From assembly GCA_965198005.1 (NCBI GenBank), contig CBDAOI010000004.1, forward strand, positions 832,001 through 896,000: 64,000 nucleotides of DNA. The letters are read 5' to 3'. Numbering within the stretch: position 1 is the first letter of the stretch; every line of letters starts with the position of its first letter. Below are positions 1 to 10,411 of this stretch, one piece after another. The notes beneath the pieces are model-generated. The model searched no databases and was not told the DNA's origin. It saw only the letters and a program-made list of their open reading frames with translations. This DNA is from Spirochaetia bacterium. GTDB taxonomy: Bacteria; Spirochaetota; Spirochaetia; SZUA-6; Bin103. The translations under genes were made by a program, and so were the position numbers.

Positions 1-1051
1 CAGCTCGGCAACCTGGGAGAAGAATCCTAACTACTGGGGCTACGACGAAAAATTCCCGGAGAACCGCTTGCCCTATATTGACAAGTTAAGGTCCTTGTTG
101 CTACCAGACGTGTCAGCACGTCTGGCAGCAATGCGTACGGGCAAGATTGATATGCTGAGCAACACCGGCGACGCCTATATACAATCTCTCGACGATGTAG
201 AGAGCCTCCAGAAGACCAACCCTGAAATCGATGTGTGGCCCACTTATGCCTGGATAGCGGGCGCATTCCTTTTCAACCAGTCTCTGCCGCTCACTGCCGA
301 CGTCAATGTGCGCAAGGCACTGCAGATGTCAGTGGACCGCGAGACAATTTCCGCTACCTACTATAAGGGTTGGGGAGATCCAACACCTGGTGCGCTATTC
401 AATCAACGCTTTATAGGGTATTCCTGGCCAATGGAAAACTGGCCCGACGAGGTCAAGCGTGAATATGAGTATCACCCGGAAGAGGCAGAAGCGTTGCTTG
501 ATGCGGCCGGGTATCTGCGCGGCGCCGACGGCTATAGGTTCAAGGTCAAGCTTGCCAATAACGAGGCGAACGATTCGACCTATCCAGAAATCATCATGGG
601 GTACTTCGAAGCCATTGGCGTTGACAGCGAGCTTGTTATCCTGACTCGTGCTGAAGTAGGAGCTTCCCAAAGGGCGGACACGCACGAGTGGCACCTAGCG
701 GATGGGGGATGGATGGGCCTTACAACCCACTTTGGGATCGGGTCGGTAAGCCAAAACATTGATGGCTTCAGCTTCAACAAAGCGAAGGACCCGCGTATGG
801 AGGCCCTGTATTATGCTGCCGAAGAGACTATGGACATTGAGGAGTATAAGAGTATTCAAAGACAGGCCGATGAGATCACTGTAAGGGAGCACTGGGGCCT
901 ATCCAAACCCTTCTCCCCTATCGTTTTCGTGAGCCACCCGTGGGTCCAGGGCTATTTCGGTGAAGATTCTTTGGGAAGGGGTGAACGTAATACCTTCTTG
1001 GCCCGCCTCTGGATTGATAGTGAGCTGAAGGAAGCAATGATGGGAAATTAG
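1..1051 (+). CDS. Peptide/nickel ABC transporter substrate-binding protein (family 5), 5'-partial
   Basis: The frame is open from the window start (WEKNPNYWG...LPYIDK) and contains VRKALQMSVDR and YHPEEAEALLDAAG, typical of SBP_bac_5. Confidence 0.9.
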   Translation, partial: SSATWEKNPNYWGYDEKFPENRLPYIDKLRSLLLPDVSARLAAMRTGKIDMLSNTGDAYIQSLDDVESLQKTNPEIDVWPTYAWIAGAFLFNQSLPLTADVNVRKALQMSVDRETISATYYKGWGDPTPGALFNQRFIGYSWPMENWPDEVKREYEYHPEEAEALLDAAGYLRGADGYRFKVKLANNEANDSTYPEIIMGYFEAIGVDSELVILTRAEVGASQRADTHEWHLADGGWMGLTTHFGIGSVSQNIDGFSFNKAKDPRMEALYYAAEETMDIEEYKSIQRQADEITVREHWGLSKPFSPIVFVSHPWVQGYFGEDSLGRGERNTFLARLWIDSELKEAMMGN

Positions 1052-1065
1052 CAGTATACGCCTGC

Positions 1066-1105
1066 GGAGCTAGGCGGCGGTCGCTTGCGAGCGCCGCCCT
1101 GCTCC
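1066..1105 (+). terminator. GC-rich intergenic stem-loop after the SBP gene (probable mRNA-stabilising hairpin)
   Basis: Inverted repeat GGAGC..GGCGGCG.TCGC-TT-GCGA.CGCCGCC..GCTCC with no U-tract. Confidence 0.55.
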
Positions 1106-1126
1106 CATACTTGGGGTACCTACACC

Positions 1127-2131
1127 ATGAGAAGCTATCTCATCAGGCGGCTATTGCTCACAATCCCCACCCTGTTCATATTGACCATCATCGTCTTTCT
1201 CGCGGTCCGCTTTATCCCCGGCGATGTGATAGACGTAATGGTGGCTGAGATGAATACTTTCCAACCCGGGACGATTGACCGTGAAGCTCTGGAGCGTCAG
1301 CTGGGACTGGACGTGCCTGTCTACGTGCAGTATGGACGCTGGATAGGAGTGTTGCCGACCCCTGACTGGATTACCGGTGAGCCCCACTTTAAAGGCCTCC
1401 TCCAGGGCACCTTTGGCGAATCACTGTTTGGCGCTGCTTTTGCGATAGAGCAGATCATAATCGGGAGATTGCCAGTAACCATTGAGCTTGGTGCTCTGTC
1501 AATCGTAATTGGGCTCGTTATAGCCCTTCCCGTCGGCGTCTACTCGGCGATCCGCCAGGACACCGCCGCCGATTACGTAGGGCGCACCGCCGCCATCATC
1601 GGCTTGGCAACACCGAACTTCTGGCTCGGAATCATGGTCATGCTCTACCCGGCAATCTGGTGGGGCTGGTCGCCGCCGATGGAGCTGATTCCCTTCAAGG
1701 AAGACCCGCTGGGGAATCTCGGGATGTTCCTCATTCCGGCCCTGATTCTGGGGACGGCCCTTGCTGCCAGCACCATGCGGATGACGCGCACCATGATGCT
1801 GGAGGTGCTCAGGCAGGACTATATCAGGACCGCCTGGTCGAAGGGGCTCAGGCAACGGGTAGTTGTCATGCGGCACGCCATCAAGAATGCTCTCATCCCG
1901 GTAGTTACGCTCGTAGGCCTGCAGCTCCCCCTCCTGGTAGGTGGCTCCGTTATCCTGGAGCAAATATTCGCTCTTCCGGGGATAGGCCGTATGTTTGTGG
2001 ATGCGCTCGATGGAAGAGACTACCCGGTAATCTCCGCAATAAACCTGATTTTTGCTACCGCGGTTTTAGGGATCAATCTCATGATCGACGTTATTTATGC
2101 TTTCTTGGACCCAAGGGTTCGGTATGAATAG
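1127..2131 (+). CDS. Peptide ABC transporter permease (DppB/OppB-like)
   Basis: MRSYLIRRLL start, PGD motif, and EAA loop (RTMMLEVLRQDYIRTAWSKGL). Confidence 0.92.
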   Translation: MRSYLIRRLLLTIPTLFILTIIVFLAVRFIPGDVIDVMVAEMNTFQPGTIDREALERQLGLDVPVYVQYGRWIGVLPTPDWITGEPHFKGLLQGTFGESLFGAAFAIEQIIIGRLPVTIELGALSIVIGLVIALPVGVYSAIRQDTAADYVGRTAAIIGLATPNFWLGIMVMLYPAIWWGWSPPMELIPFKEDPLGNLGMFLIPALILGTALAASTMRMTRTMMLEVLRQDYIRTAWSKGLRQRVVVMRHAIKNALIPVVTLVGLQLPLLVGGSVILEQIFALPGIGRMFVDALDGRDYPVISAINLIFATAVLGINLMIDVIYAFLDPRVRYE

Positions 2132-3035
2132 AGGAAGTGAGCCCAAGAGACGTGGCCGGCTGGCTGATTTCTTGATGAGGCTTATCAAGGAGAAGCCGCT
2201 CGGTACGTTCTGCGGGATTATCATAGTGATATTGCTTTTCGTGGCGATCTTCGCCGATGTGCTGGCGCCTTATTCCTATAAGGAAATGCACCTGATAGAC
2301 AGGCTTGCAGGCCCATCATCTCAGTATCTTCTGGGTACCGACCAGGTGGGACGGGACTTGCTCAGCCGCCTGATCATCGGGGCTCGCATCTCCGTGCTTG
2401 TCGGTCTGGCCGCGACTGCGCTGAATATCGTCGTCGCTGTCCTGGTCGGCGGCACTTCCGGATTCCTTGGGGGTAGATTGGATCTGGCGGTGCAGCGCTT
2501 TGTCGATGCCTGGATGGCTTTTCCGGGACTGCTGCTCTTGCTCACCATCATGTCCATCGTAGGAAGGGGTCTCCTCCAGATCATCGTGGTCCTGGGGATC
2601 GCCGGAGGCATCAGCGGCTCGAGAGTCATGAGAAGCGCGGTGATCGGTATCAAGGAGAACGACTTTTTTATGGCAGCTCAGGCCGTGGGCACCCCCACGA
2701 GCAAGATCCTGATTCACCATGTCCTGCCGAACATTATGGCACCCGTCATCATTGTCTTCTCCATTAACATCGGGGGGGTGATTATGTCCTTGGCTGCTCT
2801 GGGCTTCCTCGGCTACGGTCTGCCACCCACCATTCCTGACTGGGGCGGCATGCTCAGCCGGGAAGGGCGCAGGTACATGGAGCAGGCCCCCTGGCTGGCG
2901 CTCTGGCCAGGGCTGTGCCTGACGATTGTGGTGTACAGTTTCAACATGTTGGGTGATGCCCTCAGGGACCTGCTCGATCCGCGGCTGCGGGGTGGTGTGG
3001 GTCGTCTCGGTGCCAGAGCCGCCGGGTCGGTTTGA
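2124..3035 (+). CDS. Peptide ABC transporter permease (DppC/OppC-like)
   Basis: LLGTDQVGRDLLSR, HVLPN, PDWGGML and GDALRDLLDPR motifs. Confidence 0.92.
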   Translation: MNRGSEPKRRGRLADFLMRLIKEKPLGTFCGIIIVILLFVAIFADVLAPYSYKEMHLIDRLAGPSSQYLLGTDQVGRDLLSRLIIGARISVLVGLAATALNIVVAVLVGGTSGFLGGRLDLAVQRFVDAWMAFPGLLLLLTIMSIVGRGLLQIIVVLGIAGGISGSRVMRSAVIGIKENDFFMAAQAVGTPTSKILIHHVLPNIMAPVIIVFSINIGGVIMSLAALGFLGYGLPPTIPDWGGMLSREGRRYMEQAPWLALWPGLCLTIVVYSFNMLGDALRDLLDPRLRGGVGRLGARAAGSV

Positions 3036-3050
3036 TAGGGGAGGTTAGAA

Positions 3051-3341
3051 ATGTTTAAGAAGCTCGATCATATAGGCGTTGTAACTACGGATATGGAGAG
3101 ACTCATCGATTTCTATGAAGGAATCCTAGGTTTCAAGGTCCGAGAGAGATTTGAGGTCGAAGCTGGTAAGGGCTCGGCTCAGTTGAAAGAGGTTGCCAAT
3201 CTCACCCTTGAAGAGGGTGCAGTGATAGAACTGTTTTCGACCGACGCAGGCGTTCCACCTGATCCCGAATAAGCCAGGTGGATCAAAGACCCGGACGGCA
3301 ATATGCTCGTCTTGTTTCCCTCGATCGTGTATGAGAAATAG
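3051..3341 (+). pseudogene. VOC/glyoxalase family gene with a premature stop and internal deletion
   Basis: Starts LDHIGVVTTDMER...FYEGILGF. TAA at 3270-3272 is followed in frame by WIKDPDGN, the C-terminal VOC motif, and the middle of the domain is missing. Confidence 0.75.
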
Positions 3342-3385
3342 GGCCTCCAGCAGCGCCGGCTTAATGCGTTTCGTCCAGTCTTTTG

Positions 3386-3928
3386 TCAGGTGGAGCCCTC
3401 GCCGCGGATCATGACGACTTTGCCGGTGCGGACCATTTCGACGATGGTGAACTTGCGCAGCATCCTGATCAGGGCGTCGATCTTCTCGGTCTCGCCGGTG
3501 GCCATCACGATCATCGACTCTTCGGTCAGGTCCTCGGTCTTGCAGCCGAAGTGCTGCGCGATCTGGAGCGCCTCGGTGCGTTCCTCGGCGCCGACCGCCA
3601 CCTTGACCAGCGCCAGTTCCTTGACCACGGCGTTGTCGAAGGTGTGGTCGTAGCAGTGCAGCACGTCGACCAGCTTGTTGACCTGGGCGATGATCTGGTC
3701 CAGACCGTCCTCGGTGCCGGTGGTGCCGATCGTCATGCGCGAGTAGGCGCCGTCCTTCGACGGCGACACCACCAGTGACTCGATGTTGAACCCGCGGCGG
3801 GCGAACACCTGGGCGATGCGCGCCAGCACCCCCGGCTTGTTGGCCACCAGCGCGCTCAACGTGTGAATCGGGTGAGTCGTATGCATGGTGTGATTCGCGT
3901 GCATCGAGCCGTTGTCCGGGTGCGGCAT
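3386..3928 (-). CDS. ilvN: Acetolactate synthase small (regulatory) subunit
   Basis: HTLSALVANKPGVLARIAQVFARRGFNIESL ACT domain, directly downstream of ilvB. The start could alternatively be 3904 or 3886. Confidence 0.93.
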   Translation of the reverse strand: MPHPDNGSMHANHTMHTTHPIHTLSALVANKPGVLARIAQVFARRGFNIESLVVSPSKDGAYSRMTIGTTGTEDGLDQIIAQVNKLVDVLHCYDHTFDNAVVKELALVKVAVGAEERTEALQIAQHFGCKTEDLTEESMIVMATGETEKIDALIRMLRKFTIVEMVRTGKVVMIRGEGST

Positions 3929-3939
3929 TGCGGGTCGTC

Positions 3940-5676
3940 CTAGGTCGATCCGGTGGGCTTGGCGAGCTTCACCTTGGGCGGTTCGATGATCATGTCCTCG
4001 AGCGCACTCCCCGCGGGAATCATCGGAAATACGTTGTCGGTCTTCTCCACCTCGGCGTTGATCACGCACGGACCGTCGTTGTAGTTCAGCGCCGCGGTCA
4101 GGATGCGGCGCACGTCCCCGGGACGGCGCAGGGTGAAGCCCTTGGCCCCGTAGGCCTCCGCCAGCTTGGCGAAGTCGGGATTGCCCTCCAGATCCACTCC
4201 ACTCTCGCGTTCGTCGTAGAACAGTTCCTGCCACTGGCGCACCATGCCCAGGTAGTGGTTGTTGAGCACGATCACCTTGACCGGAAGCCGGTGAATGCAG
4301 GCGGTGGCCAGCTCGCACAGGGTCATCTGAAAGCCGCCGTCGCCGACGATCGCCAGCACCGGATCGTCAGGCCGGCCGAACTGGGCGCCGATGGCGGCGG
4401 GAAAGCCGTAGCCCATGGTCCCCGCACCCCCCGAGCTGAGCCAGTTCTCCGGATAGTCGGTCTTGTAGAACTGGGCCGCCCACATCTGGTGCTGGCCCAC
4501 GTCGGTGGAGACGATCGCCCGGCCTTCGGTAAGCCGATACAGCTCGTCGATGACGTGCTGCATCTTGAGGCCGCCCTGCTTGCGGTACTTGAGCGGGTAC
4601 TTGAGCTTGTAGCGATCCAGATGCGCGATCCAGGGATCGGATTCCAGGCGGGTGACGTGCTTGATCAGCTCCTCCACCACCAGCCGGGCATCGCCCTGAA
4701 TGAAGTAGTCGGGCTTGATCATCTTGCCGTGCTCGCCGGGGTCTATGTCGACGTGGATGACCACCGCGTTGCGGCAGAACTTGGCCGGCTGGCCGATGAT
4801 CCGGTCGTCGAAGCGGGAGCCGATCGAGATCACCAGGTCGCACTCGACCATCGCCTTGTTGGCGTAGGCGGTGCCGTGCATGCCGAGCATGCCGAGCGAG
4901 AGGGGGTGGGTCTCGGGGAACACCCCCTTGCCCAGCAGGGTGGTGGTGACCGGGGCGTGCAGCCGTTCGGCCAGGCGGCGCACCGAATCGGCGGCCTTGG
5001 CGATCAAGGCGCCGTGGCCCGCCAGAATGACCGGCCGGCGGGCGGCGTTGAGCGCCGCGGCCGCCTGCATGATGGTCTCGCGGTCGCCCTCGTCCGGCAC
5101 CGTGTAGCCGGGGATGTCCATTTGCTGGGCCCGGCCGTTGGCGTTGCCGAAGGGAGCTTGGCTGATGTCCTTGGGCACGTCGATCAGCACCGGCCCGGGG
5201 CGGCCGGTGGTGGCGATGTGGTATGCCTCGCGCACGATGCGGGGGATGCTGTCGGTCTCCTTCACCAGGTAGCTGTGCTTGACGATCGGCATGGTGATGC
5301 CGTAGATGTCCGCCTCCTGGAAGGCGTCCTTGCCGAGCATGCCGGTGACCTGCTGGCCGGTGACCACCAGCATCGGCACCGAGTCCATGTGCGCGGTCAT
5401 GATGCCGGTCAGGGTGTTGGTGGCGCCGGGGCCGCTGGTGACCAGCACCACCGCCGGCTTGCCGGTGGCGCGGGCGTAGCCGTCGGCCATGTGGCTGCCG
5501 CCCTGCTCGTGCCGCACCAGCACGAACTTCATCTTGTTCTCGGTGGCGACCAGCGCGTCGAAAATCGGCAGCGCGGCCCCGCCTGACAAACCAAACAGGT
5601 ACTCGATGCCTTCTTTCTCTAGGGCCTTGACCAGTGCCTGCCCCCCGTCGAGCCCATTATTCGTCGCTTCAGCCAT
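3940..5676 (-). CDS. ilvB: Acetolactate synthase large subunit
   Basis: [25 protein letters not shown] and [11 protein letters not shown]-binding motifs. Confidence 0.96.
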   Translation of the reverse strand: MAEATNNGLDGGQALVKALEKEGIEYLFGLSGGAALPIFDALVATENKMKFVLVRHEQGGSHMADGYARATGKPAVVLVTSGPGATNTLTGIMTAHMDSVPMLVVTGQQVTGMLGKDAFQEADIYGITMPIVKHSYLVKETDSIPRIVREAYHIATTGRPGPVLIDVPKDISQAPFGNANGRAQQMDIPGYTVPDEGDRETIMQAAAALNAARRPVILAGHGALIAKAADSVRRLAERLHAPVTTTLLGKGVFPETHPLSLGMLGMHGTAYANKAMVECDLVISIGSRFDDRIIGQPAKFCRNAVVIHVDIDPGEHGKMIKPDYFIQGDARLVVEELIKHVTRLESDPWIAHLDRYKLKYPLKYRKQGGLKMQHVIDELYRLTEGRAIVSTDVGQHQMWAAQFYKTDYPENWLSSGGAGTMGYGFPAAIGAQFGRPDDPVLAIVGDGGFQMTLCELATACIHRLPVKVIVLNNHYLGMVRQWQELFYDERESGVDLEGNPDFAKLAEAYGAKGFTLRRPGDVRRILTAALNYNDGPCVINAEVEKTDNVFPMIPAGSALEDMIIEPPKVKLAKPTGST

Positions 5677-5781
5677 GTCTCTCCCTCGGTATGGGTTGAA
5701 TGTAAAGAATACGTGATGAGAATTGAGAATTCAAGTGCAAAATGAGACTTTTTCTTGAGAGCGGGTCGGAAAGCCGCTGGA

Positions 5782-6417
5782 TCAGATACGATTTTCGACT
5801 GTGCCGACGACGGCGCGAGTTTTTTGGTCGATCCGGTCCCTCAAATCGGATGCCTCGTGCTGGGCGTCGGCGAAAAACGCTTCATCCGGGGCCGAATTGA
5901 GGTTGATCTGCGCCGTGAGCAGGGCGGCGCCGGCGGCCGCGGCCGCCAGGTGCGCGGCCGCGCCCAGATCCGACACGGCATGGCGGTTGGCGACCGGCGC
6001 CAGCCGTTCGGCCAGCGCCAGGGTCTCGGCACACGCGCGCGCGATGGCCAGCGGCGCGGCGGTGGCGCGCCGGGTGGCCGCGGCCAGGGCGGCGGTGCGG
6101 GTCTGCCGCTCCGCCGGCGCGCGCTTCGGCAGGCGCAGGGCGGCCATGTAGGCCTGAAAGCTCTGCACGTCCTCCACCGCCGCGGACTGCAGCTCCGCGG
6201 TCAATTCATCGGCGCGCCGGGTGGCGGCCGCGGCCGCGTCCCAGGCCTGCTCGTAGCCCTGCTTGCGGTCGGTCAAGCGGGCCACCATCGCCACCAGCGC
6301 GCTCGCCAGGGCGCCGGCGACCGCCGCCACCGAGCCGCCGCCGGGAGTGGGCGCGGCCGAGCCGGTGCGGGCCAGGAACTCGCCGAGCGGCAGGCCGAGC
6401 AGCTCCTCGCGGGTCAC
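5782..6417 (-). CDS. fchA: Formiminotransferase-cyclodeaminase/methenyl-THF cyclohydrolase family protein
   Basis: PTPGGGSVAA, AVSD and AQINL motifs. The GTG start overlaps the folD stop. Confidence 0.82.
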   Translation of the reverse strand: MTREELLGLPLGEFLARTGSAAPTPGGGSVAAVAGALASALVAMVARLTDRKQGYEQAWDAAAAATRRADELTAELQSAAVEDVQSFQAYMAALRLPKRAPAERQTRTAALAAATRRATAAPLAIARACAETLALAERLAPVANRHAVSDLGAAAHLAAAAAGAALLTAQINLNSAPDEAFFADAQHEASDLRDRIDQKTRAVVGTVENRI

Positions 6418-7292
6418 GCCGGGCCTCCCGCCTGTTGCTGCAGGGCGCGGGCGCGCAACAGGTTGCGCATGATGATGGCGGTGGTCACCGCGCCCACGCC
6501 GCCGGGAACGGGGGTCACGGCGCCCGCCACCGCGGTTACCGAGTTCCACTCCACGTCGCCCACCAGGGTGCCGTCGCGGTCGGTGATGCCGGCGTCGATG
6601 ACCGCCGCGCCGGGCCGAAGCATGGCGCCGGTCACCACTCCGGGCCGCCCGGCGGCGGCGATCACCAGATCGGCCGCGCGGGTTACCGCCGCCAAGTCGG
6701 GCGTCCGCGTGTGGCAGATCGTAACCGTGGCGTGGCGGGTTACCAGCAGCGCCGCCAGCGGCCGGCCCACGGTATCGCCGCGGCCGATGACCGCGGCGCG
6801 CCGGCCGCACGGTTCCACCGGGATTTCGGCCAGCAGCTCCAGGCAGGCCAGTGGGGTCGCCGGCAGCAGGGCGCGCTGCTCCATGCCGCCGAACAGCAGG
6901 CCGCGGTTGAACGGGGTGACGCCGTCCACGTCCTTGGACGGATCGATTGCCGCCAGCACCGCCTGCTTGTCCACCCCCGCCGGGAGCGGCAGCTCAACCA
7001 GGATGCCGTGGATCGCCGGATCGCGGTTCCAGGCGGCGAGGGCGGCGACCAGCTCGGCGGTAGTGGCCGCGGCCGGGAAGGTGCTGAGCTCGACCTCGAT
7101 GCCCAGCTTGGCGCCGAGCTTCACCTTGGCGCCGGCGTACCAGTGCGAGCCCGGATCGTCACCGGCCAGGAGCACCTGCAGCCGCGGCGCCGGCGCCGCG
7201 GGGTCGGCCGCGTGGCGGCGCTGCACGGCGGCGGCTACCTCCCCGCGGATGCGGGCGGCAACCGGCCCGCCCTCGATGATCCGCGCCCCCAT
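6414..7292 (-). CDS. folD: Methylenetetrahydrofolate dehydrogenase/cyclohydrolase
   Basis: KDVDG, PATP, VGRPLA and TPVPGGVG motifs. Confidence 0.93.
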   Translation of the reverse strand: MGARIIEGGPVAARIRGEVAAAVQRRHAADPAAPAPRLQVLLAGDDPGSHWYAGAKVKLGAKLGIEVELSTFPAAATTAELVAALAAWNRDPAIHGILVELPLPAGVDKQAVLAAIDPSKDVDGVTPFNRGLLFGGMEQRALLPATPLACLELLAEIPVEPCGRRAAVIGRGDTVGRPLAALLVTRHATVTICHTRTPDLAAVTRAADLVIAAAGRPGVVTGAMLRPGAAVIDAGITDRDGTLVGDVEWNSVTAVAGAVTPVPGGVGAVTTAIIMRNLLRARALQQQAGGPA

Positions 7293-7352
7293 CTAACCGG
7301 CGCGGACGGCGGGTTCCGGCGTGTGCGCGGACGGTCGCAATCCGACCTGCTC

Positions 7353-9235
7353 CTACCGCCCCAGCACGCGGCGCAGCAGCTTCCGCAAGCGGCCCGGTGT
7401 TTCGTCGGGCGCGGCGGGTGCAGCGGCCCGTGCGCCGGCCGGAGTGGCGGGAGTGGCCGGAGTGGCCGGAGCGGCCGGAGCGGGGGTGCAGGGTGGGGCG
7501 TAGCGGGCACGGCCGGTTCAACCAGCCGGAACTCCTCGCCGTACTTCTCGCGGTAGCGCGCCAACCGTTCGTCCAGCGATCCGGGCCCGTCGGCCGCGCG
7601 TGAGTGTCGATTCAGTCCCGGCTGGCGCGGGGGGGTGGCGTCACCGGCGTCACCGCCGGCGCTGTTCTGGCGGGCTTCGGTCGCTGCGGGGGCGCCGTCG
7701 CCCGGCGCGGGCCGATCCGGGCGCTCGGCGGAGGTGGACAGGGTCGGGGCAGCAACCGCGCCGCCGCCACGCCCCCGTCCGCCGCGCCGGCGCCGCCGCC
7801 TGCGGCCCGTCCCGCCGGTACCGGTGTTGCCGTTGCTTGCCTCGCGCACACCGTTGCCGCCGCTACCGTTTGCGTCCAGCGCGGGGCTGCGCGCGGCTGC
7901 GGCCGGTCGGGCTGTGCCGGTGCCGGCCGGCGTGCCGGCAGCTACCGTAGGTGTGCCTGCGCGTTCGCGTCCGTTCCCGGTGCCCGCGGCCGACACGGGA
8001 ACGGCCCGCGGCGCGCTTCGCGCTGGGCGGGGGCGGTCCCGGCGTTCATCCCGCCCGCGGCCGTGCAGGTAGTGTTCCACGCGCATGCCGGCGCTGGTGT
8101 CGTCCGCGAACAGCTCGGCGGGGGCGGTCACCACGGCAATCGGCGCGCGGATGAACTCCTCGATCCCGGCCAGGGCATACACGTGCTCCTCGCAGGCCAG
8201 CGAGACCGCCTTGCCGGTGCGTCCGGCGCGTGCCGTGCGGCCGATCCGATGCACGTAGTTCTCGCTGTACTCGGGCAGGTCGTAGTTCACCACCAGCTCC
8301 AGATCTTCCACGTGCAGGCCGCGCGCGGCCACGTCGGTCGCCACCAGATAGCGCAGCGTGCCGTCCTTGAGCGAGTCGATCAGACGCTGGCGCTGGCGCT
8401 GCGGGCGGTCACCGACGATGTACTCGCACTCCATGCCGTTGCGTTGCATCCGCATCGCCACCTCGTAGGCGGTCTGCTTCATGTTGGTGAAGATCAACGC
8501 GTTGCGCGGCTGGCCGTGAGCCAGGATGCCGAGCAGCAGGCTGAGCTTGCGGTCGCGCGCCACGTGGTACAGCTCCTGCGTGATCTCGTCGACCGTCACC
8601 CGCTCCGGGGCGATGGTGATCTCGGCCGGATCCTTCATGTGGTCGAACGCCAGCGTCTTCACCCGCGTGGTGAGCGTGGCGCTGTAGAGCATGGTGATGC
8701 GCTGGTCGCGCCCCGGCATCCGGCGGATCAGCCGGCGCAGGTCGGGAATGAACCCCATGTCGAACATGCGGTCCGCCTCGTCGATGACGAGAATCCCCAC
8801 GCTTCCCAGGTCCAGCTTGCGCTGCTCGGAGAAATCCAGCAGGCGTCCCGGGGTCCCGATCGCCAGGCGCACGCCGTTGGCCAGCGCCCGCTCCTGCTTC
8901 TCGTAGCTCACCCCGCCGTAGAAGCTGGCGATGGGGAAGTCGACGTGCTTGCCCAGTTGGTGGGCATCCTGCTCGATCTGGTCGGCCAGCTCCCGGGTCG
9001 GGGCTATGACCAGGGCGATCTTGCCGTCGAGGCTGCGTTGCTCCAGGAACAACTGAAAGATGGTGAGCAGGAACGCGGCGGTCTTGCCGGTTCCGGTCTG
9101 CGATTGAACCGCGACGTCGGAGCCCACCAAGCTGTAAGCAAAGGTCTGTTCCTGCACCGGCGTGCAAGCGACGAAGCCCGCGTCACGGGTCGCCTGCAGG
9201 AGCCTTGGATCAAGGTCTAACTCTTCAAAAGTCAT
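7353..9235 (-). CDS. DEAD-box RNA helicase (RhlB-like) with a long low-complexity tail; apparent frameshift near 7490
   Basis: TGTGKT, PTRELA, DEAD, SAT and HRIGRTAR motifs. The alternative frame ends PGRLRKLLRRVLGR* at 7353, whereas the ORF as sequenced runs to 7235 into folD. Confidence 0.88.
7441..7485. repeat. 9-bp tandem repeat, about 5 copies (GGAG[T/C]GGC[C/G])
   Basis: Directly visible; encodes ATP/AAP repeats in the helicase tail. Confidence 0.8.
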
Positions 9236-9399
9236 GCAATGTCAATAGATAAGGTACCGAACACTCCCCAATATACTCATCTCAGCGCGCGGAGGGTAGC
9301 CCCGGGATCGCGTTGGTGCTGTGAGGCGTGTGAGGCGGTTGGCGTGGTCCGGCGTCTGCCCTATACTGGCTCCCCCCGATTCGAAGATGTGGGATCAGC

Positions 9400-10374
9400 A
9401 TGAGAACGCCGCATGACGTACTGCACCCGGGGCGCCCATTGCGCGCCGCGTACCGGCAATGCCGCAATTGTCGCTACTGGGTCGTCCAGCCGGACCGGTA
9501 CTGCGTCAACTGCGGCGCCAGCCGGCCGTTCCTTTCGGGGCGCACGCATCGCTCCCTGTGGCTGCTGTTCACCACTCTGTTGGGCGGGGTGCTCGGCGGC
9601 AGCGTGTTCTACCGCAGCTTCGACAACGTCCTCTGGCTGTACGGCTGTCTGGCCGGCTGCGTAACCGGACTCGGCTGGGGACTCGGACTGTTCGCGGAAG
9701 TGACCGCGATTCTGCAGCGCGGACGGCGGACCGCGTCCCTGCAGCAGAACGAATTGCGCCTGCTGCGCCACTTCACCGAGATCGAGCAGGCGTTGCGGCG
9801 GCTGGCGAATCTGCGGCGCCGGCTGGATTCCGAACCGCGGCACGCCTCCAACCAGTTCCTTGTCTCGGTGGTCGACCAGGCCGACGCGAAACTCGCCGGA
9901 GCGGCGCACCGCTACCGGTGCGAGCTGGCGAAACTGGAACTGGTGCGCTGGCGCAATCGCCTGGAACCGCTGGCCAAACCGCCGCCGGGGGTCGAGCAGG
10001 ATCAGCAGGCGCGGCTCGAGGCGCTTGCCGAACAGCGCGCGGTGGGCCGGAAGCTGCTGGCGACCTGGCGCGCGGCCGGGCTCGAGCAGCACGAGGTGGG
10101 GCGGCTGACGGCAGAGCAACTCCGGCGCTGGCTGGAAACCTGCGACCGCCTGTTGGAACGGCTCATCGCCAGTCAGGCGCAACGAGTGATCAGCGGCATG
10201 GCGACCGTGGAACTGGTCCCGCCGCCGATGCCGGAGGTCGAGCGGGAGCTGCGGCGGCTGCGCACCGCGGAATCGGCCCTGAGCCCCGACGAGTTGGAGC
10301 AGGTGCAGCACGCCCTCGATCGTCTCCAGGCCAAGGAAAGCCTCGACCTGGAGCTGCGGCTGCGCGACCCGTGA
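9400..10374 (+). CDS. Hypothetical membrane protein: N-terminal Zn-ribbon, two TM segments, helical C-terminus
   Basis: CRNC...CVNCG followed by two hydrophobic stretches and a Leu/Glu/Arg-rich region. It fills the gap between flanking genes. Confidence 0.7.
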   Translation: MRTPHDVLHPGRPLRAAYRQCRNCRYWVVQPDRYCVNCGASRPFLSGRTHRSLWLLFTTLLGGVLGGSVFYRSFDNVLWLYGCLAGCVTGLGWGLGLFAEVTAILQRGRRTASLQQNELRLLRHFTEIEQALRRLANLRRRLDSEPRHASNQFLVSVVDQADAKLAGAAHRYRCELAKLELVRWRNRLEPLAKPPPGVEQDQQARLEALAEQRAVGRKLLATWRAAGLEQHEVGRLTAEQLRRWLETCDRLLERLIASQAQRVISGMATVELVPPPMPEVERELRRLRTAESALSPDELEQVQHALDRLQAKESLDLELRLRDP

Positions 10375-10411
10375 CCGCCCGCACCGTGACCGCCGGCGGC
10401 ACCGGGTCGTA

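Noticed and set aside
3928-9220. Long plus-strand ORFs (3928-5586, 5755-7296, 7604-9220)
   Set aside because: They are antisense shadows of ilvB, fchA/folD and the helicase in high-GC DNA.
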